From Trueperaceae bacterium (GTDB lineage Bacteria > Deinococcota > Deinococci > Deinococcales > Trueperaceae), in assembly GCA_965213925.1 (NCBI GenBank), contig OZ243927.1:1312001-1376000 (forward strand): a DNA stretch of 64,000 nt, in the 5' to 3' direction. The first letter of the stretch is position 1. The number at the start of each line of letters is the position of its first letter. Below, piece by piece: positions 28,235 to 36,701 of this stretch. A program made the translations under genes and the position numbers. The notes beneath the pieces were generated by a model that did not search any database, was not told the origin of the DNA, and saw only the letters and a program-made list of their open reading frames with translations.

Positions 28235-28401
28235 AGGGTTCTCCAAGCGACGTCAGCGTCTAGCGTAGCTCATACCCCTTGCGTTCAAGCATAAAATTAT
28301 CACACCGAATATTCACGCGGGTTTTAAGAACAAGAAGTGGATAGCCCTCTTTTTGCGACGTCTTCTAAACTGGTCCTCTAAGTCGCATCCAGGAGGTTAA
28401 A

Positions 28402-29472
28402 GTGATGGTGATGAAAGATACCGCAAACGTGAAATGGCAAGCCGTTCTAGCGCGCGATAGAACCGCAGACGGAGCCTTCGTCTACGCCGTACAAGCCACG
28501 CAAATTTACTGTCGCCCGACATGCCCTTCTAAACGCCCTAAGCGCGAAAACGCCCGCTTCTTTGAAAGTTTGGAAGACGCAGAAAACGCAGGCTTTCGTC
28601 CTTGTCTGCGCTGTAAACCCGATGAGGTCAGCCTCGAGCAAAAGGTCGTCGCGCAGCTTCAAGCCCTGCTGGAAACGCGCTACCCCGCGCCCACACTGAA
28701 CGTACTCGCCGCCGAAGTGGACCTCAGCCCGAGCTACGTGCAAAAGTTGTTCAAGAGGGTGATGGGGTTAAGCCCTAAGAAGTATGCGGGCGCGCTGCGG
28801 GCAGAAAAGTTGGCAGGCGAACTCAAAACGCAGGGGACGGTGACGGGCGCGATGTACGGCGCGGGGTACGGCTCGAGCCACGCCCTCTACCGCACCTCTT
28901 CACAAGAATTGGGGATGAACCCTAAAACGTATCAAACAGGTGGTACAGGAGAACGGGTGACGTACGCTTTAGCGGATACCTCTTTAGGAAGAATGCTCAT
29001 CGCCGCCACCGACAAAGGCGTGTGCGCCTTGCGCTTCGGTGAAGATGAGGTGCTTGTGGAAGAACTCAAAGCGGAGTTTCCGAACGCAGAATTGCGTCAG
29101 GACGCCGCTTCTTTAGCGTCTTTAATCGAAGAGGTCGAGTCTCACTTAGCGGGAACATTGCCGACGCTCAATCTACCTCTCGACGTGCACGCCACCGACT
29201 TTCAAAAGCGGGTGTGGAACGCCCTGCGAAGCGTTCCTTACGGCGAGACGCGCTCGTACGCGCAGCTCGCAGCGATGATCGGACAGCCTAAAGCGGTGCG
29301 GGCTGTCGCGAGAGCGTGTGCTACGAACCCTGTCGCGCTCAGCATTCCTTGTCACCGCATTGTGCGCTCTGGTGGCGGGCTCAGCGGCTACCGTTGGGGT
29401 GTAGAACGCAAGGAGAGCCTGCTAAGCCGCGAAGCGTCGCAAGTCGGCGGTCTCTTTGCGGACGCTGAGTAG
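28402..29472 (+). CDS. ada: Bifunctional Ada regulator / O6-methylguanine-DNA methyltransferase
   Basis: YCRPTC and FRPCLRC Zn site, AraC HTH, IPCHRIV active site. Confidence 0.95.
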   Translation: MMVMKDTANVKWQAVLARDRTADGAFVYAVQATQIYCRPTCPSKRPKRENARFFESLEDAENAGFRPCLRCKPDEVSLEQKVVAQLQALLETRYPAPTLNVLAAEVDLSPSYVQKLFKRVMGLSPKKYAGALRAEKLAGELKTQGTVTGAMYGAGYGSSHALYRTSSQELGMNPKTYQTGGTGERVTYALADTSLGRMLIAATDKGVCALRFGEDEVLVEELKAEFPNAELRQDAASLASLIEEVESHLAGTLPTLNLPLDVHATDFQKRVWNALRSVPYGETRSYAQLAAMIGQPKAVRAVARACATNPVALSIPCHRIVRSGGGLSGYRWGVERKESLLSREASQVGGLFADAE

Positions 29473-29555
29473 GTAGGATTTAGGAAAGCAGTGAAGAGGT
29501 ATCAAAACGTTCGGATGAGCGTTGGCGGAAACGTCCAAATGAGTTAAGGTCAGCT

Positions 29556-30392
29556 ATGCTCTCGCTCTACCTCATCGCGGTGACGTCGCTCCTCACGGTG
29601 CTCCTCGTAGTGCTCGTTCGGCAGCGCCAACCCTCCTCGGCAACGGGCGCTGAGGAGGGTTGGCAGCCCGACCTCGCCGAGCAAGCTTACGGCGTCATTG
29701 AGGAGGACGCCCTGACGCTCCACAACGTCCGAAACACGCGCTACCCAGAAACGGGTGAACCTTATGACGCGGTGTGGGAGACGCGCCAGTATGATCTCCG
29801 CAAGGTCAAACGCCTCTGGTTTCTCATCGCCTCGTTCAGCCGCTTTGAGGTGGTCGCCCACACCTTTTTGAGCTTCGAGTTTTCGGATGGTCAGTTTGTA
29901 GCGCTCTCGGTGGAGGCTCGTCCTGAGCGGGGCAGGGATTACAACCTCGTGGAGGGGACGCTCCGCCACTTCGAGCTGAGCTACGTGTTTGGCGACGAGC
30001 GCGACCTCATCTTGCGGCGCACGCTGTATCAGGATACGGAAGTCTACCTCTATCCGCTCGTGACGCCACCTGAAGAGGTTCGCAGTTTGCTCGTTCGCAT
30101 GGTGGAGCGGGCCAACGATATCCGCGATCACGCCCGCTTCTATAACAGCGTCACGGAGAACTGCACGAGCGTCTTGCGCGAACACGCCAACGAGGTGCGC
30201 CCCGGCTCCTTCCCTTCGTTCGCGCTCGCCCAGGTGATGCCGGGGATTTCGGACCGGGTGCTCTATCGCAAAGGTTGGCTTGACACTGATCTACCTTTCG
30301 AGAAAATTCGGGGGCATTTCGCGGTGCAGGAGAAGTCGCGGCGCTGTGAGGCGGACGGGGCGTTCTCAGGGTGTATCCGGGAGTTAGAGTAA
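29556..30392 (+). CDS. DUF4105 (Lnb N-terminal-like) domain protein
   Basis: N-terminal TM anchor, AHTFLSFEF, SVEAR, ERDLI, FYNSVTENCT. Confidence 0.85.
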   Translation: MLSLYLIAVTSLLTVLLVVLVRQRQPSSATGAEEGWQPDLAEQAYGVIEEDALTLHNVRNTRYPETGEPYDAVWETRQYDLRKVKRLWFLIASFSRFEVVAHTFLSFEFSDGQFVALSVEARPERGRDYNLVEGTLRHFELSYVFGDERDLILRRTLYQDTEVYLYPLVTPPEEVRSLLVRMVERANDIRDHARFYNSVTENCTSVLREHANEVRPGSFPSFALAQVMPGISDRVLYRKGWLDTDLPFEKIRGHFAVQEKSRRCEADGAFSGCIRELE

Positions 30393-31069
30393 TGAGCGCC
30401 GTCGCGGACCTGTGGGGCGTCATCTGGAGCAGCCTCACGCTGGACCAGGGTTTGTGGCGTGACCTCTCTGACGATCCTGACGCGGTGCGCTTTCGGTTCG
30501 CGCTCCTTATCGTGGTTTTAGCAGGTTTATCTGAGGCCGTCGCGCAGAGCGTGGTTTTATTCCTCAACCAGGTTAGGGCGCACCGTTTCGTGGCGAGCTT
30601 GCTCATCAACGCGCTGCTCTTTACCTTCGGCTACGTGTTTTACGTGCTGAGCATCAACCTCGTCGCTAGGGTCCTATACGGCGCGCCGCGCACGAATGAG
30701 CTTATTCTAGCGAGCGTCGCACTCACCTACGCGCCGCTCATCTTGAGTTTCGCGACGCTGATTCCTTACTTCGGGCGCGGCATCAGAATAGTTTTGTCGG
30801 CGTATCACGTGTTAGCGCTGCTTATCGCGGTGCGAGTAGTGTTTGCGTTAGAGCCCCTCCAGAGCGTCGTCTGCGCCTTCGTAGGCTGGACGCTCTATAC
30901 GCTGCTGAGCGGCACGCTCGGACGCCCGATCATTTCGCTGGCACGCTCTATACGCTACCGCTTTGCGGGCAAACAACTTTTAGAGGTCCAAGAGGTGCGC
31001 CGCCGCTACCGCGAACGGCTCGCGGCGCGTCAAGGCGATCTGGACGAACGTCCGAGCGAGGACGGGTGA
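30392..31069 (+). CDS. YIP1-like membrane protein
   Basis: AGLSEAVAQSVVLFLNQV, YAPL, LIPYFG; about 5 TM segments; TAATG coupling to the upstream gene. Confidence 0.7.
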   Translation: MSAVADLWGVIWSSLTLDQGLWRDLSDDPDAVRFRFALLIVVLAGLSEAVAQSVVLFLNQVRAHRFVASLLINALLFTFGYVFYVLSINLVARVLYGAPRTNELILASVALTYAPLILSFATLIPYFGRGIRIVLSAYHVLALLIAVRVVFALEPLQSVVCAFVGWTLYTLLSGTLGRPIISLARSIRYRFAGKQLLEVQEVRRRYRERLAARQGDLDERPSEDG

Positions 31070-32028
31070 TCACGACCTTGCTCCTGAGCGGTCTAGCTGC
31101 GCTCCTCCTGATGGGGCTCTTCGCGCCCTTCGAGACGTTCGGCTGGTGGGCGGGCTGGTACGGCGAGAAACCGGGCGAGCGTAAACTGCCCGACCCCGAT
31201 GAGGTGCCGCAAACAAACGCCACGCAGTTCGTCGTGTACCTAACGGGCATCAACGGTCTCAATCCGGAGGAGTACACCGAAGCAGAAATGACCTTTCTGA
31301 GTGAACTTCGGAGGCGGTTCCCGGATATCGAACTCGTGGAGAACGCATATCCTTACGCCTCGAGCAACGAGGCGCTCACGGGCGAGCGGTTCTTCGCCTG
31401 GTTTTGGCGGCGTTTGGGCGACATGAGAGGCAAGGGTGCGCTCAGCCTCATCACCTACCTGGTACATCTGCGCAACATCTGGCAGGTGCTCGTTTCTTCG
31501 GACAACCGCTTCGGTCCGCTATACAACTACGCCACCGCGCAGCACGTTCTCGTGAAGCTCCTAGAGCACGGGTATCCGCTAGGTTCTAACACGCCCGTCA
31601 CCTTGATCGGTTACAGCGGCGGCGGGCAGATTTCGGTGGGCGCGGCTCCGCTTTTAGAAGAGGCGATTGACGCGCCCGTCCACGTGATCTCTCTAGGCGG
31701 CGTGATTAGCTCCAACCGCAACATCATGGCGTTAGACGGGCTCGCGCACCTCTACGGCTCCAAAGATATGGTGCAGCGTCTGGGTTACATCTTCTTTCCG
31801 CAACGCTGGCCCTTTTTACGCTGGACCGCCTGGAACAAAGCGCGGCGTGCTGGAATTATTCAGAGAATCTACATGGGACCGATGGTGCACGTCGGACCAC
31901 AGAGCTACATGGACGCACAGACGACCTTAGAGGACGGACAGAGCTACCTGGATAAGACATTAGAGGTAGTGAGCGAGCTGCTTAAACAGTTCGAAACGAG
32001 CGAGCGGAGCCGGGTGGAGACGACGTAG
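31066..32028 (+). CDS. Membrane-anchored alpha/beta-hydrolase-like protein
   Basis: APFETFGWWAGWYG, IGYSGGGQ nucleophile elbow, GSKD and MGPMVH; GTGA overlap with the upstream gene. Confidence 0.7.
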   Translation: MITTLLLSGLAALLLMGLFAPFETFGWWAGWYGEKPGERKLPDPDEVPQTNATQFVVYLTGINGLNPEEYTEAEMTFLSELRRRFPDIELVENAYPYASSNEALTGERFFAWFWRRLGDMRGKGALSLITYLVHLRNIWQVLVSSDNRFGPLYNYATAQHVLVKLLEHGYPLGSNTPVTLIGYSGGGQISVGAAPLLEEAIDAPVHVISLGGVISSNRNIMALDGLAHLYGSKDMVQRLGYIFFPQRWPFLRWTAWNKARRAGIIQRIYMGPMVHVGPQSYMDAQTTLEDGQSYLDKTLEVVSELLKQFETSERSRVETT

Positions 32029-32100
32029 AGCGCCTTCGAAGAAAAGTGGAATGGGGGTCCCTCCACTAAGAGCAGCCTTAGAAGTTCGGTATAGTCCCCT

Positions 32101-32904
32101 ATGGACATCGGTTTAGTACTTGGCGGTGGCGGCGCGCGCTGCTTCGCGCATCTGGGCGTGATTCGCGCCCTAGAGGAGCGCGGCGTCAACCCTACGGTGA
32201 TGGCAACCTGCTCCACCGCGTCGGTTATCGGCGCGTTCTACGCGACGGGTCACAGCGTCGAGCGCATTTTAGAGCTTACACAGGAGATAAACTTCAAATC
32301 GTTTCTCGTGTTCGACCCGGGGGGCGGCGGACTGGTGAGTAGCGAGAACATCTTCGACCTCTTAGACGCGCACGTCGCCCAGACCTTTGAGGCGCTCCGC
32401 ATCCCACTCGCGGTGGTCACGACCGACATTCAAACTGGGGAAACGCTGACCTTTCGCTCGGGCGACCTCGCGCCCGCGGTTTGCGCGAGCAACGCGCTGC
32501 CGGGCGTGTTCGAACCTGTTCGCCACGCGGGGCGCTACCTCTTAGACGGCGGCATCTTAAACATCGTCCCGGTGGACGTGATGCGCGAGATGACGGACGC
32601 GCAAATAATCGCTGTGGACGTGACTCAGTCTCCTAAGCGTACGCTCGAGCTTGACGACAAATCTCTCCGGGAAAAGGTCACACCCCCCTACCGCACCACG
32701 CCTCTAGCGCTCGACATTCTTAAAAAAGCCTACGCGCTGCGCGAAAACATGATTCGGGACGCGCACTACCAAAAGAGCCCACCCGACATCAACATACGTC
32801 CTGACCTGCCCGAAGACTTTTCCGACCAAGACTTTGGGCGCACCGAAGAAGCCGTGGAGATTGGCTACGTTTCGGCGATCAGGGTTTTGGACGATCAGTT
32901 TTAG
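32101..32904 (+). CDS. Patatin-like phospholipase
   Basis: LGGGGAR..AHLG and LDGG; the GxSxG motif appears as TCSTA. Confidence 0.88.
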   Translation: MDIGLVLGGGGARCFAHLGVIRALEERGVNPTVMATCSTASVIGAFYATGHSVERILELTQEINFKSFLVFDPGGGGLVSSENIFDLLDAHVAQTFEALRIPLAVVTTDIQTGETLTFRSGDLAPAVCASNALPGVFEPVRHAGRYLLDGGILNIVPVDVMREMTDAQIIAVDVTQSPKRTLELDDKSLREKVTPPYRTTPLALDILKKAYALRENMIRDAHYQKSPPDINIRPDLPEDFSDQDFGRTEEAVEIGYVSAIRVLDDQF

Positions 32905-32968
32905 AACTTTGGTGAGTAGCTAGCATGTCGAGCGATTTCGGCTACGCCTTCCTCTTCTCTAAGATACA

Positions 32969-32994
32969 AGGGGCGATTCATGAATCGCCCCTAC
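32969..32994 (-). repeat. GTAG-type REP palindrome / terminator between convergent genes
   Basis: Minus strand GTAGGGGCGATTCATGAATCGCCCCT (24-bp perfect palindrome). Confidence 0.7.
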
Positions 32995-33001
32995 CGCGCT
33001 T

Positions 33002-33355
33002 CTACCCAAGCACCTCACCGTCTACCTTGACCTCCAACGTACTCGGATAAAACGCCATGTACCCCTCAATCTCCTTCACGTCCTCTTTCGGCTCGGGGTA
33101 CGCCCACACGACGTTCTCCGCCTTTTCGCCGTCTACCTGCACGCTCCAGTACGCCGCGTCGCCCTTCCAAGGGCAATGCGTCTGGTGGTCCGTCTGGCTC
33201 AGGTATTGCTCGTTGACATCTTCGGGCGGCAGGTAGTAAACGGCAGGGTAGTCGCCCTCTTTAAGCTCCAACGCCTTTGTGGACGAAGCGATGACTTCAC
33301 CCGAAAAGCTGACCTCGACCTTTTTGTTCGACGGTGTGATCGTAATACGGCTCAT
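33002..33355 (-). CDS. DUF427 domain protein
   Basis: YYLPPEDV, THCPWKGDA.Y, WAYPEP, AFY. Confidence 0.9.
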   Translation of the reverse strand: MSRITITPSNKKVEVSFSGEVIASSTKALELKEGDYPAVYYLPPEDVNEQYLSQTDHQTHCPWKGDAAYWSVQVDGEKAENVVWAYPEPKEDVKEIEGYMAFYPSTLEVKVDGEVLG

Positions 33356-33786
33356 GTGTTCCCTCCCAGGGCTTTAGGCAAGACGATGAGCGAGGCGAGC
33401 GCGGGCGGGATGTGAACGATTTCCAGGGCGACCACCATGAGCGTGGGCGCGTCCGGGATGGTGAAAGGTGTAAAGAAAAAGCCGACGAAGACCACCGCCG
33501 CGACGATGTAGAAGTTACGCTCGGGGTGCTCGGTAAATTTCGCGAGCAGACCTAAAACCACCGCCGCGCCGAGCACGCTCACGAACGAGAAGATGAGAAT
33601 GGGCGCTAGCGACATGGGCGAGCCGGCGTTGGGGATGATCACGTCTTGGGGCCACGCGCCGAGCGGTCTAAAGATGAAAAAGAGGAGGGCGTTGGCGACA
33701 GCGGCGGCGGCAGCAGCCATGAGCGCGAGTTGCGTAAGGCGGCGGTAGCGAACGCCGCTCGTTCGGTTCGAAGTAGATGTTGCCAT
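33352..33786 (-). CDS. Four-TM hypothetical membrane protein (DUF6069-like)
   Basis: AAGGAG RBS before ATG 33786; four hydrophobic segments; LEIVH motif. Confidence 0.7.
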   Translation of the reverse strand: MATSTSNRTSGVRYRRLTQLALMAAAAAAVANALLFFIFRPLGAWPQDVIIPNAGSPMSLAPILIFSFVSVLGAAVVLGLLAKFTEHPERNFYIVAAVVFVGFFFTPFTIPDAPTLMVVALEIVHIPPALASLIVLPKALGGNT

Positions 33787-33857
33787 AGAATTCTCCTTTA
33801 TAGTCAAGGTGCAGCATTTCAGGGAAAAGTTAGGTAAGCTCCACGACACCTCACCTT

Positions 33858-34298
33858 TCAGCCCTCGCTAAGCTGCGCGAGGATATCTAGACCGTCCCAC
33901 TCGCCCCACCGCTCGGCGATGCGCCCGCGTTCGACGCGTAAAATTTCGATGCCTGAAAAGGTGATACGTCTGCGCGTTGGCGGGGCGTCCATAAATGTTC
34001 CTTCATGCGTGCCACTCGCACGCCAGCGCACCGCCGTCTTACGCGCAGACACGTCTACTAAAATATCTTCGGTGACGGCGGAGAAGTCGGGAAAAGCGGC
34101 GAACAGCTCGGCGATTCCTGCGCGGTAACTTGTTAAGTCCGCGCCGCGCCCTGCCGGGCTGCGGTCGCGAAAATCGGGCGCGTGAAGCTCATTTAGCGCG
34201 GCTAAGTCACGCTCCTGCCAGACCTCTTTCATCCACCGCTCAGAGAGGCTGCGAAGCTGATGCTCGAGGCTGTGGTCTTCTAAAGATGCTTCGTTCAC
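33858..34298 (-). CDS. SnoaL-like ester cyclase family protein
   Basis: AAFPDF, GTHEGTFM..PPT.R, GRIAERW. Confidence 0.88.
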   Translation of the reverse strand: MNEASLEDHSLEHQLRSLSERWMKEVWQERDLAALNELHAPDFRDRSPAGRGADLTSYRAGIAELFAAFPDFSAVTEDILVDVSARKTAVRWRASGTHEGTFMDAPPTRRRITFSGIEILRVERGRIAERWGEWDGLDILAQLSEG

Positions 34299-34406
34299 GC
34301 AGCAATCTTATCCGGGCAACGAGGGGACGAGGGATGCGAGACGCGGGCGTACGCCCCAGACCTACTCCTGAAGTCTCACAATCACCTTGCCCGCGCGCAA
34401 CCCTCT

Positions 34407-34892
34407 TTACAAGCTCAACTTCTCGTTGTCGCCCAAGTTGCCCGCTTCTTCTCCTTGCACGATCGCTTTGCCCATCTTGAAGAGCTGCACCATCTTACTT
34501 GACGAAGCGTCCCAGTATTCCGCCCGTGTCGGCTCGACGCGAAGCAGTCCTAGATGCGGGTCGTCCAAACCTTCGGGGAACCACGCTTTGACGACGGGGT
34601 TCCATATCTCTTCAGCTTTCTGCCGGTCGTGAACGAGCTTGGCGATGCCCGATACGGAGACGTAGGTGTCATCATTCGGGTTGACGTAAGCCAAGTTGAT
34701 GTGCCGGTCACCCTCGATCTCGTCCGTTTTGGGCGCATCATCTTTGGTGAAAAACCAGAGTTGCCCATCAAATTCGGCTTGCTGCGTGTACATCGGGCGG
34801 CTGCGCAGCGTGTGGTCCGCCTCCATTGTGGTCATCATAGTTACGCGAATGTCTTTAATCTTGTTCCAAAGTTTTTCGTGGTCGTCTCTCAC
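34407..34892 (-). CDS. General stress protein 26 / PNPOx-like protein
   Basis: LRSRPM, LWFFT, YVSVSG, AWFPEG.DDP, AEYWD. Confidence 0.9.
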   Translation of the reverse strand: MRDDHEKLWNKIKDIRVTMMTTMEADHTLRSRPMYTQQAEFDGQLWFFTKDDAPKTDEIEGDRHINLAYVNPNDDTYVSVSGIAKLVHDRQKAEEIWNPVVKAWFPEGLDDPHLGLLRVEPTRAEYWDASSSKMVQLFKMGKAIVQGEEAGNLGDNEKLSL

Positions 34893-34976
34893 GCTTCACC
34901 TCTTCCTAGCTCGTTATAACGGTAGAAAAAGGAGAGGTCTGCAAGCTAAGGGGGGTTTAGAACATCAGCCAAAAAT

Positions 34977-35726
34977 TCAAAACTTCATCACGCGGTAGTC
35001 GAGCCGGTCTTCAGCTAAAATCATCTCAAAGAACTGGCAGTGCGACAGCGCGTCGATCATCGCGAAGCAGTGCTCATTATCAACGTGAATACCGTCTTTC
35101 ATCGCGGTGTGTCCGTAGACGCCGAAGCGGTGACCCCCGTGTTTGGCGAGTTCGGGCTTTTTGTGCCACCAGTGCTTCGTGTCGCTGTCGTGATAGAAGA
35201 AGTCGTCGAAGAACTGCATCCCTGGCAGCGGACCCGCGTGGGCGAACTGCACGTCGAAGAGCCTCTTCTCACGTGGAAAGCTCCTGAACCACTCCGCTAG
35301 ATCGTCGGGCAGCGCCAAGCCGCCCTTGCTCTCGTCGAACTCGTTATGCTTTAAGCCGCCACGTGTGCTGAGGTCGTATTCGTGCGTCAGGGCAGATTCG
35401 TCGTGGTTGCCTAAGATCACGGTGACGTTGCCGTTCGCTTTGTCCACGTAGTTTTTGAAGCGGTACAGCTCGCGAATCTGCGCTTTGGCGGCGCGTCTTA
35501 ACTGTTTAGCGTCCTCGGGGTCGTAGTATTCGACGCCGACGACTTGCGCGTAGGTGCCAAAGTCTTTGTAGTGAACGAGGTCGCCGACGAAGACGATCTG
35601 ATAGCGTCCGTCTTTAACCGGGTCGGTGGGCTCGAAGAGGTTGTCCGCTGCCGACGCCGCTTTGAGCGCCCGCCACACCTCCGCCCACTGACCGTGCACA
35701 TCGCCGAGTGAAATGACTTTAATCAT
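34977..35726 (-). CDS. Calcineurin-like metallophosphoesterase
   Basis: GDVHG, GDLVH, GNHD, HAG, GHT. Confidence 0.9.
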   Translation of the reverse strand: MIKVISLGDVHGQWAEVWRALKAASAADNLFEPTDPVKDGRYQIVFVGDLVHYKDFGTYAQVVGVEYYDPEDAKQLRRAAKAQIRELYRFKNYVDKANGNVTVILGNHDESALTHEYDLSTRGGLKHNEFDESKGGLALPDDLAEWFRSFPREKRLFDVQFAHAGPLPGMQFFDDFFYHDSDTKHWWHKKPELAKHGGHRFGVYGHTAMKDGIHVDNEHCFAMIDALSHCQFFEMILAEDRLDYRVMKF

Positions 35727-35753
35727 AACGTACCTATCATTTCTGACATGGCT

Positions 35754-36458
35754 TCACGCGCCCCCGCGCAGCAGTTCGCGCAGTTTGACGTAGAGTTCTC
35801 TAGCCGCGTTAGGGTCGGTGCCGTAACCGTCGTAGGCGATAATGAGCTTCGCGACCTCGAGCCCCCGCCCCTCCGCTTTGAGCCGCTCCACCAGGCGGTC
35901 TATAGCCTGTTGACCTGCCGGTTTGGGCTTGGGTGTCGGCGTATCCAGCGTTGCAGTTGCCGCCTCCGCTGCGGGTGTCGTTGTAGCCGCAGATACGCTC
36001 TCTGCAGAACCTGTGGAGGCATTTTCGGAGGTCTCTGGCTGAGCACTCGGCTCGTAGAGCATCGTCTGGTTCTCTTTGTCGTAATCCACCCAGTAGCTGA
36101 GGTTAAGGTCGGCGGGCGGCAACATGTGAAAGCGCTCCGCCGCGTGAACGAGCGCGTCGTCGGCTAGAACCGACGCGCCTATACCCGGACCGAGGCTCGC
36201 CGCCGCGGACTTGCTCACCCCTTCGACTGTGAGCGTGCACGCGAGCGCGAGCACCTCCGCGGGTGAACCGAGCGAGGTCAGCGTGTTCGACCAGCCCGCA
36301 ACGCCTACCGTCTCGTCGAGGCGGCGCAGCACGGCGTCTACGCGCAGTTGCGGACGCGCCTGCGCCCGGAGCCCCTCATCGTCTAAGCGCAGGACGCGCC
36401 ACTCTAAAGCGCTTTCGGGAAAAGGTTGAGCGAGGCTTGTCCAGGTGTCGTGACCCAT
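35754..36458 (-). CDS. Rad52/Rad22-family (DdrA-like) protein with a helical C-terminal domain
   Basis: LAQPFP...EWRV, AVLRRLDETVG..GWS, CTLTVEGVSK, DALVHAAERF; Ala/Thr-rich linker; C-terminal IDRLVERLK...YG...ELY..LR. Confidence 0.75.
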   Translation of the reverse strand: MGHDTWTSLAQPFPESALEWRVLRLDDEGLRAQARPQLRVDAVLRRLDETVGVAGWSNTLTSLGSPAEVLALACTLTVEGVSKSAAASLGPGIGASVLADDALVHAAERFHMLPPADLNLSYWVDYDKENQTMLYEPSAQPETSENASTGSAESVSAATTTPAAEAATATLDTPTPKPKPAGQQAIDRLVERLKAEGRGLEVAKLIIAYDGYGTDPNAARELYVKLRELLRGGA

Positions 36459-36701
36459 TACGCGCTTAGTATAGCAAGGGCGCGCCGAGGTGTAGCGTAA
36501 AAATCCCCCTTATCGCGCTCTAGTTGTCCCGTTGTACTCGTGCTGGAGCAAATGAGAAACACGTTGACGACCCTGTCATGCACGCGGCGCGCAATGGGTC
36601 ATATAATGCACTGTTATGGTCCCTGGTATATTTACCTCTATGCAAAGCACACATGTACATGACAAATTCATCTGTCTAAGCTCACTAGCCGGAGGCTTCT
36701 G

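Noticed and set aside
28278..28294. RDRM-like site upstream of ada (TTGCGTTCAAGCATAA)
   Set aside because: The palindrome spans 16 bp rather than 17, and the left half is a poor match
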